From: Phycisphaera mikurensis
Lineage (GTDB): Bacteria; Planctomycetota; Phycisphaerae; WQYP01
Length of the DNA stretch: 59,029 bases
Assembly: GCA_022730455.1 (NCBI GenBank)
Contig: DZDI01000002.1
Span: 1 to 59,029 of the forward strand
Reading direction: 5' to 3'
The notes under the pieces were generated by a model. That model was not told the origin of the DNA. It did not search any database and was given only the letters and a program-made list of their open reading frames with translations. The position numbers were made by a program, and so were the translations under genes. Numbering within the stretch: the first letter of the stretch is position 1; each line of letters opens with the position of its first letter. Shown piece after piece: positions 1 to 8,310 of the stretch.

Positions 1-68
1 TGTGAATATTTGCCGCGGAGCGGTAAACAGATACCGGCCTGATCGCCGTTTTAGCGAGTGGGGCAACC

Positions 69-692
69 CTAAATTGGGCTCCTTGCCAAATGCCGAAGGA
101 CCATCGCCTGGGCCTCTCTGAAGTCGCCTTTCATCGCCGCTGCCATCGCGGCGCCGTAGGCTGGACCACGGGGGCGAAGGCGTATCCGAACCTGTGGGTT
201 CACCCCGGCCCTGCGAAGTGCAAACGCCCAGATGATCCGCGAAATCCGGCCGTTACCGTTTAGGAATGGGTGTATTTGCACAAACCTCCCGATCAAAATA
301 CCGATCACGGTTGCGGCATTGATCGATCGCTCGCTGGCGCTATAGGCGTGCCATTCTCGAGAGAGGGCCAACCATTCACGATTGAAGTCCGAACACAGCC
401 TTTCAACATCAGGAATGACGGTCGCGTGGTCGGAGCCGCGTAATCCACCCACTTCAACATCAACGGCGAGGCAGGGTATGGTGGGGGCGCTTTGCCGGAA
501 ATTTCCAGCGTAATAGTTTACAGGTACCACCGAACTAAAAACCGTACGGTGCCAGTCACGGCAGCCTTCCGGGGTGATGGGTTGGTCGGCGCCAGCGCAA
601 TTCATGGCGTTTCTATAGGCGACAGCCGCGTCGCTCCTCGAACTCCCTCCTCGTGACGATGGGGCGTCGTGCGACCAGTCAGGACAAGTCAT
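69..692 (-). CDS. Fic/DOC family protein (putative AMPylating toxin)
   Basis: ORF 69..875 carries the Fic core motif HPFLNGNGRISR. I placed the start at the internal ATG at 692 (MTCPDW...), which overlaps the stop of the upstream ORF by 14 nt. Starts as far up as 875 are possible. Confidence 0.75.
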   Translation of the reverse strand: MTCPDWSHDAPSSRGGSSRSDAAVAYRNAMNCAGADQPITPEGCRDWHRTVFSSVVPVNYYAGNFRQSAPTIPCLAVDVEVGGLRGSDHATVIPDVERLCSDFNREWLALSREWHAYSASERSINAATVIGILIGRFVQIHPFLNGNGRISRIIWAFALRRAGVNPQVRIRLRPRGPAYGAAMAAAMKGDFREAQAMVLRHLARSPI

Positions 693-1071
693 CACTAAGC
701 CATTCCTCATCGTCCTCCACCAGTTGCTCGATGATATCATCCGGCAGCGGTTCGCCATTGGGTACCAACCGGGCAGATTTGAAGTGCTCGCCTGCTTTGG
801 CGGCCAAAGCATCAAAATTTTCACCTTGCGACCTGAGATATTCTCTGAGTGCGGCTTCCGCTCCCTTATAGTCAATTGGCGCGGAGGCAGTCAGAACGGG
901 CTCCAGCCCCCGGTACGGTGCCCATTTCAATTCCTCGATAACGGTTCTGCCGAAAAGCGATCCCGCCGGGCCCTCGTCTACGACTTCCCCGGAAGGGTTA
1001 GGGGTACTACGCGAGGAATCAAATGGCGCCACGATTGCGGGTGGTGATGGGTGTGCATACACCGGCGTCAT
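679..1071 (-). CDS. Hypothetical 130-aa protein with acidic C-terminus (candidate antitoxin/adaptor of the Fic protein)
   Basis: The ORF overlaps the upstream gene by 4 nt (ATGA at 1068-1071) and the Fic gene by 14 nt. Its C-terminus is DDIIEQLVEDDEEWLSDDLS. I recognise no domain. Confidence 0.5.
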   Translation of the reverse strand: MTPVYAHPSPPAIVAPFDSSRSTPNPSGEVVDEGPAGSLFGRTVIEELKWAPYRGLEPVLTASAPIDYKGAEAALREYLRSQGENFDALAAKAGEHFKSARLVPNGEPLPDDIIEQLVEDDEEWLSDDLS

Positions 1072-1820
1072 GAAATAATCTCCCGAATCTTATCCGTAAT
1101 GGAATTTTCAAAGAACTCATTTTCTCGGTCATGGAGATGAGCAAGCGATTTCATCAATTCCTCCACAGGCAACGGCCCCGGCCGCACTACGTCAATGTCT
1201 AAGATGATTGGCAATTTATCGCCCCCGGTGAACGGTGGCATGGACTGGACAAATATGACGAAAGCACCTGTGTCGGCCAATGGAATCTGCAGTCGCATGT
1301 CGTAGGCCAGCAAACCACCAGGTAGCCCGTCGCCGATGGTTGGAAGCGTGTTAAAGTATTCCCTAAAGTTCACCACCGGCAGCGGTAACAGAATTCGGTT
1401 GGTGTACCGGACTCCTATTCTCTTAATACCCGCCACAGTCACAACGGTCGTGTACCATTTCCAAATCTCCAGAAATTGCTGTTTGAGAGATTCCCAGCTT
1501 TCGTAGGGTGCCCCTCGGCTCACCGTCAAGCCATCCTGCCTGACCTGCATTCCCGAAGGGGCCGATCTGCTTCGCCGAAAATAACCCACCTGGACGGGAT
1601 GGTAGCTGGCTGTTGATCGTGCCCCCAGTGAAATATTGGCCGTGCCCGACACCACGGGGTTACTCTCGGGGTAGCGGTCGCGAATTTCCTGCGGCGGGGC
1701 TGCGAGGAGGGCCATATCCGAAAGCGCAGATGACTCCACTTGCACGTCGATTATGGCGCTTTCGATCGGGGCATTTCTGTAGATTCGCTTTTCTGTCAAC
1801 AGCGGTCCTTCCAGCACCAA
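1068..1820 (-). CDS. TIGR04255-family uncharacterised protein
   Basis: 250 aa. The N-terminal NAPIESAIIDVQV and central IGVRYTNRI resemble the TIGR04255 signature (N-A-P-[IL]-x-E-A ... G-x-R-Y-x-N). It has the same length class as the paralogous ORF at 23378. Confidence 0.65.
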   Translation of the reverse strand: MVLEGPLLTEKRIYRNAPIESAIIDVQVESSALSDMALLAAPPQEIRDRYPESNPVVSGTANISLGARSTASYHPVQVGYFRRSRSAPSGMQVRQDGLTVSRGAPYESWESLKQQFLEIWKWYTTVVTVAGIKRIGVRYTNRILLPLPVVNFREYFNTLPTIGDGLPGGLLAYDMRLQIPLADTGAFVIFVQSMPPFTGGDKLPIILDIDVVRPGPLPVEELMKSLAHLHDRENEFFENSITDKIREIIS

Positions 1821-1847
1821 CAGATACGCTTGAATAGTACTGCCCCA

Positions 1848-2576
1848 TCACACATGCATCAATCCCAATGCCGCTTGCGCCACCGGCGTTACAGGCGGCC
1901 ACGCGTGGCTGTCTCGCACCGGGTCCGCCGCGGTCAGCCGCATCAAGGTGCTGTGTTCATGGTTTGCCGCCAACTCAACTGCCTTGCCACTGCGCACGTT
2001 TCCGGCCCACACCAGTTCCGGCTGGTGCAGATTCGGCTCATATAAAATGCCGCATAGCAGTGGGGCGGTGACCAGATCGGCAGGCGATAATCGCAATTCT
2101 TCATGCATCTCCCGCTGCAATTCATGCATCACATCCACACCCGTCGTTCCCTCCGCCAGTGTCAATATGCCTCCGAACAGGTGCAGATGTTCCGGGTATG
2201 ACGCCACGGATTTACTGCGTAAGCCCAATAGGTTCTGCCTACCCTGCGTCAGCAGTATGCTTGATCCCACCGCTGGTCGGCGGTGGGCGTCGCTGAAGTG
2301 ATCTGCATGCCGCACACACGTGATCTGAAATTCTGAATACTTCGCGGGGTATAACTTCAATATCAACGCCGCTTCGCGGTGTTCCCAGCCGGCCAGGGCC
2401 GCGACTGGCCCGTCAAATATAACCCGCCCGCGCTCTGCTGCTTTATTGCTTTCCAGCTCCCATAGCCGGTCGATCAACTGACTTGCGTCCGGTGGCATCT
2501 CCGGCGGAGGTACCCACTGCAAACGTAAACACCCGGCACCCCAGCGCCCCCAAGCCCATTTTTCGGCATGTCGCAT
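1848..2576 (-). CDS. NUDIX hydrolase-like protein
   Basis: Nudix-box-like segment GGILTLAEG...ELQREMHEELRL (G-x5-E ... RE-x2-EE). The start is the ATG at 2576, because the longer ORF (to 3011) runs antisense through acpS. The stop lies 27 nt upstream of the TIGR04255 gene on the same strand. Confidence 0.6.
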   Translation of the reverse strand: MRHAEKWAWGRWGAGCLRLQWVPPPEMPPDASQLIDRLWELESNKAAERGRVIFDGPVAALAGWEHREAALILKLYPAKYSEFQITCVRHADHFSDAHRRPAVGSSILLTQGRQNLLGLRSKSVASYPEHLHLFGGILTLAEGTTGVDVMHELQREMHEELRLSPADLVTAPLLCGILYEPNLHQPELVWAGNVRSGKAVELAANHEHSTLMRLTAADPVRDSHAWPPVTPVAQAALGLMHV

Positions 2577-2672
2577 AATATGTCCCCTGCTCGCGCCGCA
2601 TGGATAGTGGTTCTTTAAGCGGCACACTTGAATGATAACGGCTATTTTATCCGCCGTCTTGTGGAGTGCTTT

Positions 2673-3053
2673 ATGCCTGTTGTCGGTTGTGGTATTGATA
2701 TGGTAGATATGGCTCGCATCCAATCCATGCTCGATAAGCATGGTGACGCCTTTCTCGCCCGCTGTTTTACGGTTGCTGAACGCGCCTGGCTGGCGGAATA
2801 TAAATTTCCACTGCCGCACATCGCCGGCCGTTTTGCCGCCAAGGAAGCTATTGTCAAAACCCTGGGTACCGGCTTTCGGGATGCGATTTCCTGGCTGGAT
2901 ATGGAAATTCTGCCAGATCGACTCGGCAAACCCGTCATTGCCCTGCGTGGCGCCGCAGCACAAAGATCCGCCGGACTCGGTATCCGCTCCTGGCATATCA
3001 GCCTCAGTCACACCGACACCGCCGCCGTGGCCAGTGTCATTGCTGAAAATTAA
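2673..3053 (+). CDS. acpS: Holo-[acyl-carrier-protein] synthase (4'-phosphopantetheinyl transferase)
   Basis: GCGIDMVDMARI ... GRFAAKEAIVKTLG ... ISLSHT is typical of AcpS. The product is ~127 aa from the ATG at 2673. Confidence 0.9.
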   Translation: MPVVGCGIDMVDMARIQSMLDKHGDAFLARCFTVAERAWLAEYKFPLPHIAGRFAAKEAIVKTLGTGFRDAISWLDMEILPDRLGKPVIALRGAAAQRSAGLGIRSWHISLSHTDTAAVASVIAEN

Positions 3054-3439
3054 CTTGCAGGCCCCCAGCTTACCGTATACGGGCCGGTGGAAATAATCGT
3101 GGCACGAAACTCCATCAGTTCATCGGCCGCAAGTGCCCAGGAAAAACCATAAACGTTAAAGGTGCCGCTGATGCTCCACTCACCCGCCGCTGTGAATGTA
3201 ATCTCCACTGCGTTAAATACACTCCCAAGCCCCGGTGCCGCACTATTGGCCCAACCGCTGATCTCACCACGAAGCTGCTGCCCGGTCAGGATGCTGCTGG
3301 TAAAACCGCCGTCGGAATAAGCTGTGCTGTCCACGGCGCGAAATTCTTCCTGCAATTGCGCCCGCACCACATTGAGGCTCAGGCCGGCGGGCAGTAAAAC
3401 CTCCGCCTGCCAAGCAGTTGTGGGAATAAAGCCACTCAT
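3050..3439 (-). CDS. Phage-like hypothetical protein (possible small major tail protein)
   Basis: 129 aa, last gene of the head-tail module. This is the position the major tail gene takes in HK97/RcGTA-type orders. I recognise no motif. Confidence 0.4.
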   Translation of the reverse strand: MSGFIPTTAWQAEVLLPAGLSLNVVRAQLQEEFRAVDSTAYSDGGFTSSILTGQQLRGEISGWANSAAPGLGSVFNAVEITFTAAGEWSISGTFNVYGFSWALAADELMEFRATIISTGPYTVSWGPAS

Positions 3440-3462
3440 CCGAGACCCCGTTTACCGCAATA

Positions 3463-3900
3463 TTATCGGCCAGCAAATAACTTTCCGCTGATGCGCCATC
3501 GTATCTGATACACCGGCGCATCGTCCGAGCTGATCACCGCCAGTGACGCCGCTGGCGATTCCGATGCGATGCTTGTCAACAGCGCCATTCCATTAACGGC
3601 AAAATTCACCCCGTCAATGGCGGCCACAATCGCCTGCGCCCCGGCACTGGCCATGGCCAGCACATGGCTGCAAACCGTAATATCCGCTTCCGCATCGATG
3701 TACCGGTTCAGGGCTAAATCATGCGTTACATGCGACGCCCTAGCGGCAATCACCACCAGCGGCAGTACCGCTGATTCCGGTGCCGCGTCAAGATAGACCG
3801 CCGGCGCAGTTCCCATAGCAACGCCCAAATCGGCGTTATTGATTTGCCCAATAATGGCCGTTATCCATGCCTGCATCCTGCGCTCCTGCTGTTGCAGCAT
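3463..3900 (-). CDS. Phage tail-completion / HK97 gp10-like protein
   Basis: 145 aa and Ala-rich. Called from position and size between the head-closure and tail-like genes. The assignment is by synteny only. Confidence 0.45.
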   Translation of the reverse strand: MLQQQERRMQAWITAIIGQINNADLGVAMGTAPAVYLDAAPESAVLPLVVIAARASHVTHDLALNRYIDAEADITVCSHVLAMASAGAQAIVAAIDGVNFAVNGMALLTSIASESPAASLAVISSDDAPVYQIRWRISGKLFAGR

Positions 3901-3927
3901 CCGCGAAACGGCCCGCCGCGTCGATTC

Positions 3928-4266
3928 CTATTGACCACCTTGAGGGTCAAGCCACGCGGCATATATGCCCCACGCCTGATCGCGATCGCCCAGATTCATC
4001 ACCCATTGCACGCGGTAATACCCATGGCCATCAAAAATGCGGTCGTCCAGCCGCGCGCCGGTATCCACGGGCGTCATAATGACCGTATCCACCGCGACGG
4101 ATGCCCGAAATGCCTCCGGCTGCCGCCGGGCCCGCAGCTTAAAAATACTTGCCGGCACGCTGCTGGCTAAGTTGCTCCACACTTGCACCTGCGATCCATC
4201 CGGCCCGGCCGATACCACGGCGCGCTGCAGGGTGATTGTTCGGCGGCACAGCAATTTCAGCGTCAT
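3928..4266 (-). CDS. Phage head-tail adaptor (head-closure) protein
   Basis: 112 aa. Size and sequence style (...VQVWSNLASSVPASI...RIFDGHGYYRVQWV...) resemble SPP1 gp16 / HK97 gp9-type head-closure proteins. It sits directly downstream of the connector gene. Confidence 0.6.
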   Translation of the reverse strand: MTLKLLCRRTITLQRAVVSAGPDGSQVQVWSNLASSVPASIFKLRARRQPEAFRASVAVDTVIMTPVDTGARLDDRIFDGHGYYRVQWVMNLGDRDQAWGIYAAWLDPQGGQ

Positions 4267-4281
4267 CGAATTTAATATCCA

Positions 4282-5112
4282 TTAAACAATCACGTCGCGG
4301 TAAGGCATAAGCAGATTCTGCACTTCAGGCGTGAGCAATAAATCCCCTGGCCGCACCACATATTCATACCCCACGGTCCGCCCCTGCGATTCACGCGCTT
4401 TGGTCAAATCCGCCTGATTGATTGCGTTGCCTGCCATCAGCGCCGCCGCCCATTGAACATCCAGCGGTACCATTGCCCCCAGCAGCGGTCCGCCGCTGTG
4501 CGCCATCGCAAATACGGCGGTAAAACTCGCGCCATTTACTGCCGTTATCACCACCGTTTCCTGCGTGTTCAGCCCTGCATCCACCGTCAACAGCATGCCG
4601 GTTTGCAACAGCCAAGGTTCCCCCTGACTCACGCCGGAACCGCTTTCGACAGGGACCGTGCTTGTGCCGGCGGCAATGGCTTCCAAGGCGGTAACGGTAA
4701 AACCGAAACCGGCAGTGTAATCCACTTCAATCGCGTCGGCGCCCGCTATGGGCAAATCAGCCAATGGCCAATTCTCAACGGAAAACCACGCCATCGCACC
4801 GGGGCGAAAAATCACTCGGCCCACCGTCGGCCGCAGATCAAATTGGTCGGAGTTAAACGTCATCGGAGTGCTACTGGTGGGCATTAAGGTGACGGTATTG
4901 AGAGTGATGATCGGCGTCTGCCGTAAGATCAATTGCCCGCTGCGCGGTGCATCGTAGAGTTCGATATATCGGTTGGGGATGAAATCCCGACGGCAATATT
5001 GCACAATGCGTCGGCTTACGGCCGAAATAACTGCGGCCGTCATCGCCGCCGGAGCATCAGTCACAGTCGGCACCACACTTTGCGCATAGCCGATGGTAAT
5101 TAAATCGCCCAT
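4282..5112 (-). CDS. Phage gp6-like head-tail connector protein with C-terminal extension
   Basis: The N-terminal segment AAVISAVSRRIVQYCRRDFIPNRY is typical of gp6-like connector proteins. The start is the ATG at 5112 (MGDLITIGYA), because the longer ORF runs into intergenic repeat sequence. Confidence 0.6.
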   Translation of the reverse strand: MGDLITIGYAQSVVPTVTDAPAAMTAAVISAVSRRIVQYCRRDFIPNRYIELYDAPRSGQLILRQTPIITLNTVTLMPTSSTPMTFNSDQFDLRPTVGRVIFRPGAMAWFSVENWPLADLPIAGADAIEVDYTAGFGFTVTALEAIAAGTSTVPVESGSGVSQGEPWLLQTGMLLTVDAGLNTQETVVITAVNGASFTAVFAMAHSGGPLLGAMVPLDVQWAAALMAGNAINQADLTKARESQGRTVGYEYVVRPGDLLLTPEVQNLLMPYRDVIV

Positions 5113-5125
5113 CCGGGGGCTGTAG

Positions 5126-5164
5126 GAGTCTGTCCAAGTAATAACAGGGACTGCGCCGTGCCGG
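5126..5164 (+). repeat. Short dispersed repeat, family D copy 1 (GAGTCTGTCCAAGTAATA...CTGCG.CG)
   Basis: Matches 11230-11267, and in reverse complement 16950-16973 and 18511-18545. A weaker relative lies at 32180-32222. Confidence 0.7.
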
Positions 5165-5286
5165 AAACGCTGCGGATGCAAGGGTCGGGCCCACGGCGAC
5201 GCTGGTGAAGGTGAGTCCGAGACTGCCGCAAACCCTGCGTGACACGGCGGCCCCATGCCGGCGGCCAAATGCGCGAATTCACCCGC

Positions 5287-5323
5287 CCACCCCTTTTAGC
5301 CGCGGGCCTTGTGCCCGCGCGTT
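5287..5323 (+). repeat. Short dispersed repeat, family B copy 1 (TTAGCCGCGGGCcttgtGCCCGCGCGTT hairpin)
   Basis: Near-identical cores lie at 10625-10654, 10752-10788 and 16875-16903. The core contains a GCGGGC/GCCCGC stem. Confidence 0.75.
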
Positions 5324-5644
5324 GGCGGGTTGGTGCGTCGATATGCGGAAAACTGCGACAACGCAGCGCGCCAGGTCAAGCCCGGCTACGCGGCCGGACA
5401 TTCATACCATAAGCCGGCCACCCTGGTGGCCGCTCCCCGCTGTGGTTCAATGCCGGTCGTTTCGTTTAACCGCCATCGTCGGGCACGCCCGCGGCAAGTG
5501 TTATAACCGTTTCGCATGCAATGCAGCCAATTTTTGCTTTATACTGGACACGTGAGAAAATGTTTCTATAATTTCAATAAGATTTGAAAGTTTGCGGTGC
5601 GTCACTGCATGCCACTGTGGAACTTTCGGGAAGGAGCTTTATCG

Positions 5645-6631
5645 ATGGCCGCTCAGTTAATCGCCGATGGCGTCGCCATGTTGGAAGCGCGGCTCGCCAA
5701 GGTTAAAGAACTCTTTGAACGCGAACTGACCGGTTCTACCGATGCTGTCATGCCTCTGATTCGCCACATCAGTCATTTTCGCGGCAAAATGCTCCGCCCG
5801 CGACTGGTGCTGCTCGGGGGTGCCGCTGCCACCGGCCTGCCCTCTTTACACAGCGACCTTACACTATTGGCAGCGGTGGTGGAGATGGTGCACGTTGCCA
5901 CCCTCATCCATGACGATGTGCTCGATGGTGCTGAAGTGCGCCGCCGCGCCGCAACCATTAACCATCTTAAAGGTAATCAGACAGCCGTCCTGCTGGGTGA
6001 CATGCTCATCAGCCATGCATTCCACCTGTGCAGCAGCCTTGACTGCCAAGCGTATTCTCGTCTCATCGGCAAAACCACTAATTTGGTATGCGAAGGAGAA
6101 TTGCTCCAGAACTTGGCAGAACGTAACTGGCATCTGACCACCGACGCCTACTTTGATATTATTTACCGTAAAACCGCCAGCCTGATTGAAACATCCTGTC
6201 GTCTTGGTGCGATGGCGGCCGGTGCCGATGATGCAGCGGTCGGCGCCCTGGCTCAATATGGCCGCCATGTTGGCATCGCGTTTCAAATAGTCGATGACAT
6301 TCTGGATATTACCGGGTCCACGCGTGTGGTGGGCAAATCGCTGGGTACGGACATCGAGCAGGGCAAGTTAACCCTTCCCATGATTCATTTTCTGGCGACC
6401 GCCGATCAACCACATCGGGACCTGCTCATAGGCCTGCTGGAATCATCGGACCCGGATCGCATCGATCATGTGCGAAAATTGCTTCAACCCACCGACAGCA
6501 TGACCTTTGCCAGGACGGAAGCTCGCGTCCGCGTTGATCGGGCAATTGCTGCCGTTGATATCCTGCCCGATTCCGAATTCAAGTTGCACCTTATTGAGAT
6601 GGCTGGATATGTAACCGAACGCGAGAAATAA
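5645..6631 (+). CDS. Polyprenyl diphosphate synthase (long-chain, quinone side chain type)
   Basis: Two aspartate-rich motifs, LIHDDVLD and FQIVDDILD. GGAG RBS 8 nt upstream of the ATG at 5645. Confidence 0.9.
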   Translation: MAAQLIADGVAMLEARLAKVKELFERELTGSTDAVMPLIRHISHFRGKMLRPRLVLLGGAAATGLPSLHSDLTLLAAVVEMVHVATLIHDDVLDGAEVRRRAATINHLKGNQTAVLLGDMLISHAFHLCSSLDCQAYSRLIGKTTNLVCEGELLQNLAERNWHLTTDAYFDIIYRKTASLIETSCRLGAMAAGADDAAVGALAQYGRHVGIAFQIVDDILDITGSTRVVGKSLGTDIEQGKLTLPMIHFLATADQPHRDLLIGLLESSDPDRIDHVRKLLQPTDSMTFARTEARVRVDRAIAAVDILPDSEFKLHLIEMAGYVTEREK

Positions 6632-6663
6632 GCGGCGGGCCATTACCGCCGGGAGAACCAAGC

Positions 6664-7920
6664 ATGCCCACGATATCCGACGCCCAACGACTTCCGACCG
6701 GCCCTCTCCTGTCCGCAGGTGAACTGCAAACGCCGCCCATTGACGCGGCTGCCTTATCCATGGCCGATATTCGTGACCCGGCCCTGCGGCCCATCGCTGA
6801 AAAAATATGCACCCGACGGCGCCTCTCGGCCGAAGACGGCATGGCTCTTTTTGAAACCCGCGATATTCACAGTCTCGGTGCCTTGGCCAACAGCGTTCGT
6901 ACGGCTCGTCATGGTCGTAAGGCTTTTTACAACATCAATCGGCATATTAATTATTCCAATATTTGTGCTCTGTCCTGCAAATTTTGTGAGTTCCATCGCA
7001 AGCGTGGCGAAAGCGGGGCGTATGAATACTCTGCTGAAACGATATTTGAATTTGCCGATCAGGCCGCCGTGGCCGGTGCTACCGAATTGCACATCGTCGG
7101 CGGTTTGCATCCCTGGTTGCCATTTGATTGGTATACCGGCCTGTTGTCGCACCTGCGTCGGCGCCATCCGCAGATGCACCTCAAGTGCTTTACCGCCATT
7201 GAGATTGATCACTTCTCTCGCATCGCGCGCCTTTCAGTGAGGGAAGTGCTCATGGCACTCAAAGAAGCCGGCCTCGGCTCGATGCCCGGCGGCGGTGCCG
7301 AGGTATTTGATGACCGCGTGCACGATGAGGTCTTCAAAGGCAAGCTGCGCAGTGACGGCTGGCTGGATATCCACCGCACCGCCCACGAAATGGGCATCCG
7401 CACCAATGCAACGATCCTGTATGGCCACATAGAAACCCGCCGCGAGCGCATCGACCATTTAATCAAACTACGTGAATTACAGGATGCGGCACCGGGCTTT
7501 CAATGCATTATTCCACTGTCGTTTGTACCCGACGGCAGCGAATTGGGCCATCTCCCCGGCCCGACGGGGCTGGAAGATATTAAAATGCTGGCGCTGTCAC
7601 GCCTCATGCTTGATAATTTTCCCCACGTGAAGGCTTTCTGGATCATGCAGACCATGAAGCTCTCTCAAGTGAGCTTGAATTTTGGTGTTGATGATATTGA
7701 CGGCACGGTAGTGTGGTATGACATCACCAAGCGCGAAGGCGGCCTTGGCAATCGCCATCAGGAACAGACGGTGGCCGACATGCGGCGCTTAATTGCAGAG
7801 GCTGGCTGCATTCCGGTTGAGCGTGACACGCTATATCGGCCGGTGGAACGATATCCCGGCGGCTGGCGTGTTCTGGAAAGTGCCGCGCAGAAAGGTCAGG
7901 TACACGGGTTTCAAACGTAA
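6664..7920 (+). CDS. Radical SAM enzyme of the futalosine menaquinone pathway (MqnE/MqnC family)
   Basis: CxxxCxxC cluster NICALSCKFCEF, with family-typical length and C-terminal region. It is adjacent to the polyprenyl synthase. I cannot separate MqnE from MqnC by eye. An alternative start is at 6760. Confidence 0.8.
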   Translation: MPTISDAQRLPTGPLLSAGELQTPPIDAAALSMADIRDPALRPIAEKICTRRRLSAEDGMALFETRDIHSLGALANSVRTARHGRKAFYNINRHINYSNICALSCKFCEFHRKRGESGAYEYSAETIFEFADQAAVAGATELHIVGGLHPWLPFDWYTGLLSHLRRRHPQMHLKCFTAIEIDHFSRIARLSVREVLMALKEAGLGSMPGGGAEVFDDRVHDEVFKGKLRSDGWLDIHRTAHEMGIRTNATILYGHIETRRERIDHLIKLRELQDAAPGFQCIIPLSFVPDGSELGHLPGPTGLEDIKMLALSRLMLDNFPHVKAFWIMQTMKLSQVSLNFGVDDIDGTVVWYDITKREGGLGNRHQEQTVADMRRLIAEAGCIPVERDTLYRPVERYPGGWRVLESAAQKGQVHGFQT

Positions 7921-8281
7921 CCGGTGTATTAAATGTTCAGTACTTTGGAAAAATTCAATATTTAAACCACCTGCGTTGTTGGCCGACGGTGCCCTTGCGC
8001 CGTTGCCTGTGATGGCCTTTGTCACAACGTTTTCGATTGTGATGCACGTCGGGCCTTCACTTTGGCTCCATTGGCGGCAGAAATCCAATGGTGTGGCGGA
8101 AATTGGGGTGAGGATAATCGGGTGCTGGCGATCATCGGGCCCTCCAAGTGCGGGGGCGATGGGGTTGTGCCATGACCAATAACAAGAAATAGGTCAAAAA
8201 GCGTCATTTTTTGCCCTGTTTTGCAGCAAATATGGGTCCCCGCGGACATCAAAAAAAAACTAAAGTTTTTCTGGATTTCTA

Positions 8282-8310
8282 TTGACTTATTATCTTATGC
8301 CTGCTAAACT
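8282..8310 (+). promoter_or_regulatory. Near-consensus sigma70-type promoter (TTGACT - 17 nt - TAAACT)
   Basis: TTGACT at 8282-8287, a 17-nt spacer, and TAAACT at 8305-8310, preceded by an A/T-rich tract. It lies ~580 nt upstream of the next convincing CDS (8891). Confidence 0.4.

Larger units (their letters stand above)
3050..5112 (-). mobile_element. Prophage-derived or GTA-like head-tail joining module (4 genes, truncated at both ends)
   Basis: Four co-directional small ORFs lie in the order connector, head closure, tail completion, small tail-like protein. Cellular genes (acpS, polyprenyl synthase) sit directly on both sides. Confidence 0.55.

Noticed and set aside
1848-3011. The full 387-aa minus-strand ORF from the six-frame track
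   Set aside because: Its N-terminal 145 codons run antisense through a well-supported acpS gene (2673-3053) and have no protein-like features. The NUDIX-like part starts plausibly at the ATG at 2576.
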